Below are positions 37,055 to 46,417 of a stretch of 64,000 nucleotides of DNA, piece after piece. The position numbers were made by a program, and so were the translations under genes. Below the pieces are notes generated by a model, which was not told the origin of the DNA, ran no database searches, and saw nothing but the letters and a program-made list of their open reading frames with translations. Origin of the DNA: Butyrivibrio sp. CAG:318 (lineage in GTDB: Bacteria; Actinomycetota; Coriobacteriia; Coriobacteriales; Eggerthellaceae); assembly GCA_963627055.1 (NCBI GenBank), contig CAVGAF010000003.1, forward strand, positions 5,177 through 69,176, given 5' to 3'. How positions within the stretch are numbered: position 1 is the first letter of the stretch; the number at the start of each line of letters is the position of its first letter.

Positions 37055-37392
37055 GCCGCGCGCGTAGCCGGTCGGCAGCGTTTGCTCGACGTTTTGTTGG
37101 CTTGGGTTGGCAGATGGAGTATGCGGGGTGCGGCCCGCCCGGCAAGCCAGGCGGGCCGGGCTTGGGCCTGGCGGCTTTTGGATATGTTCGAAAGCATGCA
37201 TTAAGCATCCAGCCTAGCGGGGCGGGCTTGCCCGGCGTTTGCGTGCTTCTTGCGTATGTCTGCTTCTTGGCTCCCTGCTGCCGCAAGGCCGCTTGCCACC
37301 TCGCGCCCCGCGCTTTCGGCTCGAAGGCCCTTTGCGCGGTTTGCATACTGGCTGGGGATTTAGCGCGTTTGCGTATTGCTTTTCGGCACATC

Positions 37393-37401
37393 TGATACAC
37401 T
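37393..37401 (+). promoter_or_regulatory. Extended -10 promoter element for the ncRNA
   Basis: TG-A-TACACT ends 7 nt before the first base of the ncRNA closing stem. Confidence 0.6.
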
Positions 37402-37408
37402 GGGGAAA

Positions 37409-37643
37409 CTTCTTTCGAGTCTGTAGTTGCGGGCTGTTTATGCAGCCCTAGTCCATGGCAGATGCGGTCAAAAGGATCCACGTAAGCCGCGCCTTTGCGC
37501 GCGACGATCATGGCGTATCCTAGAGGTAAGTCGCACCCTCCGTTTATACGAGCGGCATTGGGCCGCGACGGGGGAGAGGGCGAAGCGAAAGCTTAACCCC
37601 GGTGCGCGGGTGTGGGGTCAAAAACTAGGTCAGTCGAAAGAAG
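37409..37643 (+). ncRNA. raiA-motif structured non-coding RNA
   Basis: Closing stem CTTCTTTCGA / TCGAAAGAAG; blocks CAAAAGGATCCACGTAAG, CATGG, TAGAGGTAAGTC, GCGAAAG and GTGTGGGGTCAAAAACTAGGTCA match my recollection of raiA-motif RNAs; comF and solute-binding-protein neighbours are the known context. Confidence 0.85.
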
Positions 37644-37676
37644 CTTTGCTGAACTTTGGAACGGAGGAAGCTCTTC

Positions 37677-38624
37677 ATGAAGCACATCAAGCGCCTCGCT
37701 CTTTGCGTCGTGGCGGCCGCTTGCGCCGCAACCCTCGTCACGGCGGCCGGCTGCACGCAGGAAAGCGAATCGTACACGCCGCCCGAGGCAACCCCGCAGG
37801 TGTCCAAGCCGACCATCATCACCGACGGCACGCTGACCGTCGGCGTGAATGCGAGCAACGCGCCTTTGGCCGGCCAGCCTTCCTCCTCTTCGAAGATTGT
37901 CGGCATCGACGTCGACATGGCGGCGGCGCTCGCCGATCAGCTGGGCTTGAAAGTGCAGGTCGTCGATGTGGGGACCGACGCCGCTTCGGCGCTGTCGCAG
38001 TCGAAGGCCGACGTGGTCATGGGCGTGAACAAGTCCGATGCCACGTCCACGTTCTGGACTTCCGATTCTTACCTCGACACCTCGGTCGCCTTGTTCGCCC
38101 TGTCGTCGAACTCGGCCGTCCCCACGAACTCCGCCACCACCAAAATCGCCGTGCAGGTGTCCTCCAACAGCGCCTGGGCGGTCACCAACGAGTTCGATAG
38201 CGCCACCATCACCACGACCGATGACCTGAAGAGCGCGTTTTCCGCCTTGCAGTCCGGCCAGGTGAGCTATGTGGCCGCCGACGCCGTCTCGGGAACCTAC
38301 GTCGCGCGCAACGCCGGCGTCGACGTGCATGTCGTGTCGCTTCTGCAGTCGGCCAGCGGCTATTCCGTCGGCGTGCTTGACGGCAATACCAAGCTCAAGC
38401 AGGCCGTCTCCTCCGCGCTCTCCACGCTGAACAACAACGGCGTGGCAGACCTTATCCAGAAGAAGTGGCTCGGCGTCTCGCTCGACCTCTCCGGCTTCGC
38501 CGCGCCGGCTGACTCCACGTCTAACGATGAAACGTCCCAAATCAGCTCGTCGCAGGACGCCATCAACGCGGCCTATCTCGGTACGGGGCTTTCCGACAGC
38601 TCGTCAACCACGCAGGCGGCCTAA
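37677..38624 (+). CDS. Solute-binding lipoprotein (family 3, polar amino-acid-like)
   Basis: Lipobox TAAGC; GTLTVGVN, IVGIDVDMAAALADQLGL, ADLIQKKWLG; GGAGG RBS; no adjacent permease or ATPase. Confidence 0.85.
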   Translation: MKHIKRLALCVVAAACAATLVTAAGCTQESESYTPPEATPQVSKPTIITDGTLTVGVNASNAPLAGQPSSSSKIVGIDVDMAAALADQLGLKVQVVDVGTDAASALSQSKADVVMGVNKSDATSTFWTSDSYLDTSVALFALSSNSAVPTNSATTKIAVQVSSNSAWAVTNEFDSATITTTDDLKSAFSALQSGQVSYVAADAVSGTYVARNAGVDVHVVSLLQSASGYSVGVLDGNTKLKQAVSSALSTLNNNGVADLIQKKWLGVSLDLSGFAAPADSTSNDETSQISSSQDAINAAYLGTGLSDSSSTTQAA

Positions 38625-38688
38625 AGCGGCATAAAGGCGTATATGCATTTCGCCTGAGGTTTCGACCCGCCGCACTTTGCCGAAGAAC

Positions 38689-38728
38689 AGGGCCCCGCAT
38701 GCATTTCTCAAGCATGCGGGGCCCTTTT
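38689..38728 (+). terminator. Intrinsic terminator
   Basis: 14-bp stem AGGGCCCCGCATGC / GCATGCGGGGCCCT followed by T residues. Confidence 0.8.
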
Positions 38729-38815
38729 GCTCTTAGGGGATTACGCTTGACTTGAAGTTAGCTCAAAGGTGTCTACTGGCATACGATTCGAAATCGTTTG
38801 GAAAGGATTGAGCGG

Positions 38816-40210
38816 ATGTCTTCACTCAACGATCTTCTTGCGCAGGTTGCCGAGGGTGCGGTAAGCGTCGAAGAGGCGCACGCGCGTCTTTCTCAGCGCG
38901 GCTTTGACGATCTTGGCTTCGCGAAGGTCGACACCTGCCGCGCCGCGCGTACCGGTGCCGGCGAGGTCGTCTACGGAGCTGGGAAAACCGCCGAGCAGAT
39001 CGCCCGCATTTGCGCTTCCCTTGCCGAATCCGGGCAGGAGTGCGTGCTCGTCACGCGCCTGGACGCCTCCAAGGCCCAGGCGGTCGAAGAAGCCCTGGCG
39101 GGGCATTCGCGCGTTTGTGCGGCGCAGTCCTTGGAGCAACCGGGCACGGAGCGGCCGGGCTCATCGCGCGCACTTCCCTTTACTTATCACGAGCTTGCCC
39201 GCATAGGCGTCTACGGTCGCATGCCCGCACCGCGCGGCGCGGGCTACGTCGCCGTGGCATGTGCGGGAACGTCGGATTTGTACTGCGCCGAGGAAGCGGC
39301 GCTGACCGCCGAGGCGCTTGGCACGCGCGTCGTGCGCCTGTACGATGTGGGCGTGGCGGGCATTCATCGCCTGCTCTCCTGCGCCGATAAGCTCGCGGGA
39401 GCCTCGTGCATCGTGGCGTGCGCCGGCATGGAGGGCGCGCTTGCAAGCGTGGTGGCGGGCCTGGCGGCCTGCCCCGTCATCGCCGTGCCGACCTCGGTGG
39501 GCTACGGGGCGAGCTTCGGTGGGCTGGCGGCTTTGCTCGCCATGCTCAATTCCTGCGCTTCGGGGGTTTCGGTCGTCAACATCGATAACGGGTTCGGGGC
39601 CGGTTTCCAGGCGCATCTGATCGCCAGTGCCGCCGACGGAAAAGAAAAGGAGCGGGGAATGGATACCTTGCGTTGGAACATGTCGGAAAACGCCACGCGC
39701 GCCCAGATTCTTTCGGACACGCTGCTGCAGCTGCCGGAAGGCTCGCGGCAGTGCCTCGAGGCGGCGGCGGATGCGGCCGGCGTCCCGCTTGAGCACCATC
39801 ATGACATCGCACGTGTGCGCGCCACCATTGATTCGCTGGCGGTGAGCGAGCGCGTGCGCGCCGACATGCATGCCATCTACGAAATCCTTGCTGCCGCCGA
39901 GGCCGCGGCGCATGGCGTGCCGGTCGAAAAGACGCATTTTCACGAGGTCGGCGAGGGGCGGCGCATCCGCAACACGCTGTTGGTGTGCCTGGCCGTGGAG
40001 GCGGCGAGCCCGAAGAGGATCGTCGCGACGCGCGTGCAGACAGGCGAGGGGTTTGTCGAGTGCGCGCACGGCAGGTTGGCCATCCCCGCGCCTGCAACGG
40101 CCGCAATCATCGCCCGCGGGCTTCCCATCTGCGAAAAGAAGCTTGTCGGTGAACGCCTTACACCGACAAGCGCGGCGATGTTGCTGCACTTCGTGGACGA
40201 GTTCGAATAA
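38816..40210 (+). CDS. larB: Nickel-pincer cofactor biosynthesis protein LarB fused to an N-terminal LarC (DUF111)-like domain
   Basis: DLGFAKVD..R..RTG..EVVYGAGK, AGTSD, DVGVAGIHRL, GMEGAL, PTSVGYG, VNIDNGFGAG (LarB); AEAAAHG..THFHEVG, CAHGRLAIPAPAT, TPTSAA (LarC N-part). Confidence 0.85.
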   Translation: MSSLNDLLAQVAEGAVSVEEAHARLSQRGFDDLGFAKVDTCRAARTGAGEVVYGAGKTAEQIARICASLAESGQECVLVTRLDASKAQAVEEALAGHSRVCAAQSLEQPGTERPGSSRALPFTYHELARIGVYGRMPAPRGAGYVAVACAGTSDLYCAEEAALTAEALGTRVVRLYDVGVAGIHRLLSCADKLAGASCIVACAGMEGALASVVAGLAACPVIAVPTSVGYGASFGGLAALLAMLNSCASGVSVVNIDNGFGAGFQAHLIASAADGKEKERGMDTLRWNMSENATRAQILSDTLLQLPEGSRQCLEAAADAAGVPLEHHHDIARVRATIDSLAVSERVRADMHAIYEILAAAEAAAHGVPVEKTHFHEVGEGRRIRNTLLVCLAVEAASPKRIVATRVQTGEGFVECAHGRLAIPAPATAAIIARGLPICEKKLVGERLTPTSAAMLLHFVDEFE

Positions 40211-40413
40211 CGCCTGAGCCCGCACGGTTCGTCGGAGTGCGCGCTCTTGCAAACGCGCTTGCAAGTTTCGGTTGCGCTCAACATTCAGCCGGTGTTTTGT
40301 AGGTTCGGGCGACAGCTCGAACAGTAATCGAGAGCGCCCGAAGGGCGCGACACGCTCTCGCCGGCCGGCCAAGGCCTCTCGCGGCCTACGCGAGCGACCC
40401 CGGCCCTTTCGGC

Positions 40414-43413
40414 TTATTCGTTCAACAGGTCGATGACGCTTAGGTCGAGCTTCGAATTCTCCAGGATGGCCTTGTTGCCGAAAACGCACAGCATGCCGGC
40501 CTGAGCCGCGGCCCTCACGTCGTCGACGAGGGCATGAAGCTTCTCCGGTGTCGCCTCGATTATCTCCTGACGCGCCTTCGCGCGCGCGGCCGGCACCCTT
40601 GCGCTGAAGAATGCGCCGTCTTGCCGGCGTATGAGCGCGCGCGTCTTCACGGGCGTGTCGAAGCCGGCGACGCTGCTGACCACGTAACCGTCCATCTCGT
40701 CGGCGGTGGGGTCGAACGCCTCAAGCCACGCCGCCGCCCCTTTAAAGCGCTCGATGGTTTCGTCGAGATGCGGGTCTCGGTAGGAGTAGAAGCGAAGCGT
40801 GCCCGTGCGCGCCGCCTGGAAGCCGGCTCCGTAGGCGCCGCCCTTCACGCGCACCTCGTTCCAGAGGTAATCGTAGGAAAGCGCGCGCGCCGCAACGCTC
40901 CAAACCCCGGTATAGGCCTCGTCCGCAAAGGCGCGGCGATCGGCCGCGAGCGCGGCGTAGCAGACATCCGTCGGCACGATAAACGCCTCGCGCGCCGGCG
41001 AGGGCTGCGGCACGGCGAGCGCTTGGGCGCCGCTTGCGCCCTTACTCGCCGAGCAGTTGGCGCTCGCAAGCCCCGACGCCTCCCAGAACGTGGCGAGCTC
41101 CGTGTCCCCACCCGCAAGCGACACCGTGAGATTTTCCGGCGTGAACAGGCGCTTCGCTAAATCGGAAAGCTTCTTCGCAAGTTCTTGCTCGCGCGTGTCG
41201 AATTCGGCCAAAAGCTTCTTGAGGAATCGATAGAACTCGACGCCGCCAAGCTGCTGGCGCACCACGGCCGCGGGCGAGTAATAGGACGCGGCGCGCGCCA
41301 TCGCGGCGGCATGCCCGTTGTTGGCAAAGCCGTGCTCCATGCCGACCCTTCGCTGCTCGAGCGCGGCGCGGATCTTCTCCGTGTCGGAGAAATCGGTGCT
41401 CGCGAGGATTTCCGTCGGTAGCTTGCCAAGCCACTCGGCGCCTTCGGCCAGGGCTGAGGCGCCCACAATGAACTTCGGCGAGATGTTTCGCGGATCGTCT
41501 TCGTGCTCGTACACTTCGGTGAACACCGAGAAGCTGCCGAGCTTGCCGTTTGTGAGCGTGTCGATGTCGGAGGCGCTGTGCTCATCCGTGCCGAGCTTGC
41601 CGAGCATGGTGGCGAGGATGCTCACGTAGGGCAGCTCCTCGAACTCCACTCCGGCCAGGTCGTAATACCGGTAGGCATAGGCGATGCCGCGCGTGGGCAC
41701 GTCGTGACGGATGCAGGGCACGGGCGCGCCGGCGAGCAGCGCATAGGGCGCCTCGACGGGCGCCGGCCCGATGTCGGATACATGCAGCTGGGGAAGAGTC
41801 GCGAGTGCCTCGGGCGAGTCGGGCTGCTCCTGGCGGCGGCGCAAAAGGGCGACTTCCTCGTCGATGCGCGCAAGGTCTTCCTCGGTGAAGTCCGCGCTCG
41901 CCTTCGCGGCCCGTGCCGCCTCGTCGTCGCCCGCATCTTCGTCGGGAAGCACTTCCACCTGGGCCATGTGGCCGTTATCCAGAAACACGCTGCGGATGAG
42001 CTCCTCGAAATAGCCCTCGTCAAGCGCCTTGCGCAAAAACGCGAAGTCGGACTCGTACTTCAGGTACGTACTCGCAAGCTCGTCGCCGTACAGCCACCCG
42101 TTAAGCGCCGTGATCGTCAGCGCCACGCCGTCGGCCATGCCGAAGTCGGCCTCGCGCATGATGAACTCGTCACGGGCGATGGAAGCCTCGACGAGCGCGT
42201 GGTCGAGCCCTCCGTCGGCCAGGCGCGCAAGCTCGTCGAGCACCACGCGCAACAGCGACTCGCGGCAGCCGGGCTTCAAATCGCGCACCTGGATGGTGGC
42301 GAAGGGCTGCAAAATGGCGTCGGCCATATAGGCGACGACGTCGCCGGCGAGCTGGGCGTCGAGAATGGCGCGGCGAAGCGGGGCCTCGTTGCTGCCCGCA
42401 ATGGCGTCGAGCAGGATGTCGCAGGCCACGATGCGCGTGCGTTCGCGCGCATGCCCGACGACGAAGCCGAGTCCCATGCAGGCGTTCTCGGGGGCGGTCG
42501 CCATGCGGCGCACCACGTCCGTGCGCTTGACGGGGGACTGCAGCGCGATGGTGCGGGGGGTAAGGGGGGCAAGCCCGGCCGCGGCGCGCTGCTCGTCGCG
42601 GCGCGCCTGCTCGGCAGCAACTGGCGAAAGATAGCGCTCGTCAAGGAACTTGAGCATGCGCTCCGCGTCCACGTTGCCGTACAGCGTCAGGTAGCTGTTG
42701 TCGAGGCGGTAGTGGCGCTCGTGCTCTTCAAGGTAGTGCTCGTAAGTCAGCGTCGGGATGGCTTCGGGGGTGCCGCCCGATTCGAAGGCGTAGGGCGTGT
42801 CGGGGAACAGGCTTGCCTGCAGCTCGTCGTACAGCACGCTCGTCGCGTCGGACAGCGCGCCCTTCATCTCGTTGTACACGACGCCGTTGAACGTCACGGG
42901 CGCCTGGCCGGCCCCTTCGCCGGCCGTCTCGCTGCCTGTGTCCGCCTCAGCGCCCTGCGTGCGCTCGAAGTGCCAGCCTTCCTGCTCGAAGATCTGCCGG
43001 TAGCGGTAGATGTCTGGGTGCAGCACTGCGTCGAGGTAGACGTCGGCGAGATTGATGAGGTCCTGGTCGTTGGTGGACGCGACGGGGTAGAGCGTCTTGT
43101 CGCCGAAGGTCATGGCGTTGAGGAAAGTCTGCATGCTTGTCTTCAGCAGGTTGACGAACGGCTCTTTGACCGGGAATTTCTCCGACCCGCATAGCACGGA
43201 GTGCTCCAGGATATGGAATACCCCGGTGTCGTCTGCGGGCGGGGTCCTAAACGCGATGGAGAAGGCCTTGTTCTCATCGGCGTTGGCGAGATAGAGAAGC
43301 TTCGCCCCGCTCTTTTCGTGCGTAAGGGTGTAGGCGCGCCCGTCTATCTCGGGGATGTCCTCGGCGCTTGTGACGGTGAACCCGTAAAGCGTGGATGCGG
43401 GTTTCAAATCCAT
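40414..43413 (-). CDS. M16C (presequence protease-like, insulinase family) metallopeptidase
   Basis: Inverted Zn motif HILEHSVLCGS, FLNAMT, GVVYNEMKG, VRVKGGAYG, SYRDP. Confidence 0.93.
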   Translation of the reverse strand: MDLKPASTLYGFTVTSAEDIPEIDGRAYTLTHEKSGAKLLYLANADENKAFSIAFRTPPADDTGVFHILEHSVLCGSEKFPVKEPFVNLLKTSMQTFLNAMTFGDKTLYPVASTNDQDLINLADVYLDAVLHPDIYRYRQIFEQEGWHFERTQGAEADTGSETAGEGAGQAPVTFNGVVYNEMKGALSDATSVLYDELQASLFPDTPYAFESGGTPEAIPTLTYEHYLEEHERHYRLDNSYLTLYGNVDAERMLKFLDERYLSPVAAEQARRDEQRAAAGLAPLTPRTIALQSPVKRTDVVRRMATAPENACMGLGFVVGHARERTRIVACDILLDAIAGSNEAPLRRAILDAQLAGDVVAYMADAILQPFATIQVRDLKPGCRESLLRVVLDELARLADGGLDHALVEASIARDEFIMREADFGMADGVALTITALNGWLYGDELASTYLKYESDFAFLRKALDEGYFEELIRSVFLDNGHMAQVEVLPDEDAGDDEAARAAKASADFTEEDLARIDEEVALLRRRQEQPDSPEALATLPQLHVSDIGPAPVEAPYALLAGAPVPCIRHDVPTRGIAYAYRYYDLAGVEFEELPYVSILATMLGKLGTDEHSASDIDTLTNGKLGSFSVFTEVYEHEDDPRNISPKFIVGASALAEGAEWLGKLPTEILASTDFSDTEKIRAALEQRRVGMEHGFANNGHAAAMARAASYYSPAAVVRQQLGGVEFYRFLKKLLAEFDTREQELAKKLSDLAKRLFTPENLTVSLAGGDTELATFWEASGLASANCSASKGASGAQALAVPQPSPAREAFIVPTDVCYAALAADRRAFADEAYTGVWSVAARALSYDYLWNEVRVKGGAYGAGFQAARTGTLRFYSYRDPHLDETIERFKGAAAWLEAFDPTADEMDGYVVSSVAGFDTPVKTRALIRRQDGAFFSARVPAARAKARQEIIEATPEKLHALVDDVRAAAQAGMLCVFGNKAILENSKLDLSVIDLLNE

Positions 43414-43675
43414 GAAGCGGCCACCTTTCGTGATCGATGTCGCCTCTCCGCGTCCCTGTGTGTCTTTCTGGTATAGCGAGCGGCGCGAAGGGTCGGCGGA
43501 GAGCCGTTGGTTTCGGGTCGTATTGTCTCATACCGCGTCGGCGCGCAAGCGCGCCCGCGTGGTTTTTCTCGCGCATTGCAAAGCGCCCCGGGCGTGTGCC
43601 TATATAATCTTTTCGACAAGTGGAAATGAGCGGGTGCACGCGCGCCCGCCCGTCAAGGAGCGCAGGGGGTCGCGC

Positions 43676-44098
43676 ATGGCTTCTGACAAGCAGTTCTCGC
43701 ATATCACGGTGAATGCCGCCGAAGACGACGACGTCGTCATCCAGGCCGGCTCGCCGATGCAGCCGGTAGACGAACCGGCGATGCCGTGCGGCGTGCCGGT
43801 TTCGCAAGACGACGCCGCGCCTGCGGATGCTTCGGCCGCCTCCGCGCCCGCGGACGCTCCGACAGCCTCCGCGCCCGAGCCCGAAATCTATGAAACGCCC
43901 GCCAAGAGCGCTTTCGAAGGCGCCGATTCCCAGGACGCCGACGAATCCGGCGCCTCGGCGGACGCGGCGGCTTGGCGCGAGCAGACGCTCGAGGACTTGG
44001 AAGCCGGCCCGATGTCGAATATGCAGAAGATCGTGCTCGGGGCTGCCGCCGTCTTCGTCGTCGTCGCGCTGGTGTGGTATTTCTGCTTCATGCACTAA
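43676..44098 (+). CDS. Small acidic protein with a C-terminal TM anchor, hypothetical
   Basis: ATG 43676 after AGGGGG; Ala/Asp/Pro-rich body; hydrophobic IVLGAAAVFVVVALVWYF tail. Confidence 0.7.
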   Translation: MASDKQFSHITVNAAEDDDVVIQAGSPMQPVDEPAMPCGVPVSQDDAAPADASAASAPADAPTASAPEPEIYETPAKSAFEGADSQDADESGASADAAAWREQTLEDLEAGPMSNMQKIVLGAAAVFVVVALVWYFCFMH

Positions 44099-44126
44099 CG
44101 CGCGTTTGCTAGGAAGGATACGACCT

Positions 44127-45311
44127 ATGGCCAAACATGGTTTCAACATCGACCGCGGCGAGCGCCGCGACCGCGCTTGTGGCGACGAATCGCTCGGGCT
44201 CACCGAGGCGTTCTCCCCGATCGGGGCCGGTGAGGCTGGAGCGAGCGGCTCGAAAGGCGATGGCGATGCCCCTCTCGGGCTCACCGAGGCCTTTGCGCCC
44301 CTTCCCGCTTCCCGGGGCGCGCACGCCGGGGGATTCAGCTACAAGGGAGACGCCGACGACGAGTACGGCGACGCGCTCGATGCCCTCGAGCCGCGCGACG
44401 AGCCGATGATAGGCGACGAACTTCCCGCCGAGCAGCAGCCTGCCGCAAGGGGCAAGCACGGCCGCGTGGAGGAGCCTGCCGCGTCCAAGATGGCATCCCG
44501 CAAGGCGCGCCGCGACGCCGAGCATCCCTATATGCGCAAGTCGCGCCGCGTGCGCAAGGTGCTGATCGTCGTCATCGTGCTGCTCGTGGCCCTTATCTGC
44601 GCGTTTGGCTACTTCGCCTACCAGCTGCTCGGCGAAAGCCAGCGCGCCATGGTGCAGCAAACCCAGACGACGCAGCCGAGCAAGGACGTCAGCGACCTTT
44701 CCAGCGACAACTCCGGCAAGGACGCCCCCACCGCCACCGCCACCAAGCAGACCGAGGTGCCCAACCTCGCCGCCGTGCTCGGCACCAGCCAAGACGAGGC
44801 CGTCGCCGCCCTAAAACACGGCGCAACCGTCACCTCCTCGCGCGACGTGAACGAGGAGGGCAACGCGGTGAAGAAGAGCGTCACCGTCGCGCTTACCGCC
44901 GAGCCCGCCGACTCCCGTTCGGGCACGCCGACGGTGTATCTGGGCTTAAGCGAAGAGGGCAAGGTCATCCAGGCCGGCTATTCCGCGGCCACGGCATCGC
45001 TGGGCTTTGGCACCTTGAGCTTCGCCGACGCAGTGAGAAACGAGCATGTGGTGGAGAAGACCCTGCGCGAGGCGGGCGTGAACGTCGCCGACGGCGCCGC
45101 CGCGCTGCCCTCGGACAAGACGCAGTATTCCACCTACGCCACGGACGGCACCACGCTGGTGAAGGAGAACTGCAGCTTCTCGGGCACCGTCGACATCAGC
45201 GGCGTGAGCCACGCGTGGTCGAGCGTGCTGCTCTACGATTACTCGACGGCCAACACCTCGGGCAACCTCGCGGACACCATCCGCATCATCTACGTGTACG
45301 TCAACGCGTAA
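44127..45311 (+). CDS. Single-pass membrane protein, hypothetical
   Basis: AGGAAGG RBS; acidic N-region, basic stretch then TM (VLIVVIVLLVALICAFGYF), Thr/Ser-rich outer domain. Confidence 0.75.
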   Translation: MAKHGFNIDRGERRDRACGDESLGLTEAFSPIGAGEAGASGSKGDGDAPLGLTEAFAPLPASRGAHAGGFSYKGDADDEYGDALDALEPRDEPMIGDELPAEQQPAARGKHGRVEEPAASKMASRKARRDAEHPYMRKSRRVRKVLIVVIVLLVALICAFGYFAYQLLGESQRAMVQQTQTTQPSKDVSDLSSDNSGKDAPTATATKQTEVPNLAAVLGTSQDEAVAALKHGATVTSSRDVNEEGNAVKKSVTVALTAEPADSRSGTPTVYLGLSEEGKVIQAGYSAATASLGFGTLSFADAVRNEHVVEKTLREAGVNVADGAAALPSDKTQYSTYATDGTTLVKENCSFSGTVDISGVSHAWSSVLLYDYSTANTSGNLADTIRIIYVYVNA

Positions 45312-45417
45312 TACGGCACTCCTGCCGGCTCTTCGCAGCCTGGTCGCTCCTCGCCGTCGGCGGGGGAGCGCAAGTGTGTCGACTTCATGGACGCCCGCGG
45401 TATGCAGTAATTGCTTC

Positions 45418-45445
45418 TTGCCACCGCGGGCGTTCGCGCTATACT
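45418..45445 (+). promoter_or_regulatory. Sigma-70-type promoter of infC-rpmI-rplT
   Basis: TTGCCA-N16-TATACT. Confidence 0.6.
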
Positions 45446-45460
45446 GAACAAGCTGTTCAC

Positions 45461-45578
45461 AAGCGAAGGCAAAGTGCCTTCCACCTAGTTCGGCGCTTCG
45501 GTTGCTGATGGGTCGCATGAATACAGAACTTATTGTTCGTTCATCACGCCCACACGCAAGCAAGCTGTGGGTTTTTTT
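45461..45578 (+). promoter_or_regulatory. L20-type ribosomal protein leader with attenuator
   Basis: Hairpin GAAGGCA-AAG-TGCCTTC followed by CACCT...GGGT stem, then terminator CCCACA/TGTGGG + T7 upstream of infC. Confidence 0.65.
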
Positions 45579-45621
45579 ATAGCACGGCACCGCGCCGTGC
45601 GAAGAAGGGAAGGTGAGTGCG

Positions 45622-46203
45622 ATAGCCGCTCAAGAGCCTCGGCTCAATGAACAGATCACGGTGCGCGAGTGCCGCCTGATCGGGTTCGATGGTACGCAAT
45701 TGGGCATCTACCCGGTCGCACAGGCACAGCGTGTCGCCGACGACCAGGGGCTCGACCTCGTCGAGATCGCCCCGAATGCCGAACCTCCCGTGTGCCGCAT
45801 CATGGATTACGGGAAGTTCAAGTACGATCAAGCCATCAAGGCGAAGCAGGCTCGCAAGAACCAAAGCAAGATCGAGACCAAGGAAATGAAGTTCCGCCCG
45901 AAGATCGACGTGGGGGACTACACCACGAAGAAGAAGCACGTGCTTCGCTTCCTCTCCGCAGGTAACAAGGTCAAGATCACCATCATGTTCCGTGGCCGCG
46001 AGATGGCTCACCCGGAACAGGGCCTGACCATCTTGGAGCGCCTGGCCGACGACCTCAAGGACATTGCGGTCATCGAAAGCCAGCCGAAGATGGAAGGCCG
46101 CAACATGCACATGCTCATCGCCCCATTGCCCGCAAACATGGCGGCGAAGAAGAAAAAAGCCAACGAGAAGAAGAACGAAGGAAAGGACGAAGGCAATGCC
46201 TAA
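45622..46203 (+). CDS. infC: Translation initiation factor IF-3
   Basis: [48 protein letters not shown]; probable ATA start at 45622 (GTG 45613 alternative). Confidence 0.95.
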   Translation: MAAQEPRLNEQITVRECRLIGFDGTQLGIYPVAQAQRVADDQGLDLVEIAPNAEPPVCRIMDYGKFKYDQAIKAKQARKNQSKIETKEMKFRPKIDVGDYTTKKKHVLRFLSAGNKVKITIMFRGREMAHPEQGLTILERLADDLKDIAVIESQPKMEGRNMHMLIAPLPANMAAKKKKANEKKNEGKDEGNA

Positions 46204-46393
46204 GATGAAGACCCACCGCGGTACCGCCAAGCGCTTCCGCGTCACCGGTTCCGGCAAGATCATGCGCGCCAAGGCTTACAAGAGCCACATTCTGACGAAG
46301 AAGAGCCAGAAGCGTAAGCGCAACTTCCGTCATGAGACCGAGCTGGCTGCCGCCGACCGTCGCGTCGTGGCCCGCAACCTCGGCCGTCGCTAG
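46196..46393 (+). CDS. rpmI: 50S ribosomal protein L35
   Basis: [22 protein letters not shown]; between infC and rplT. Confidence 0.97.
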   Translation: MPKMKTHRGTAKRFRVTGSGKIMRAKAYKSHILTKKSQKRKRNFRHETELAAADRRVVARNLGRR

Positions 46394-46417
46394 TATTTAA
46401 AGGAGCAGTGATTATCA

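Noticed and set aside
37427..38200. ORFs crossing the comF-lipoprotein intergenic region
   Set aside because: No protein motifs; the region is better explained by the raiA-motif-like RNA and the lipoprotein gene
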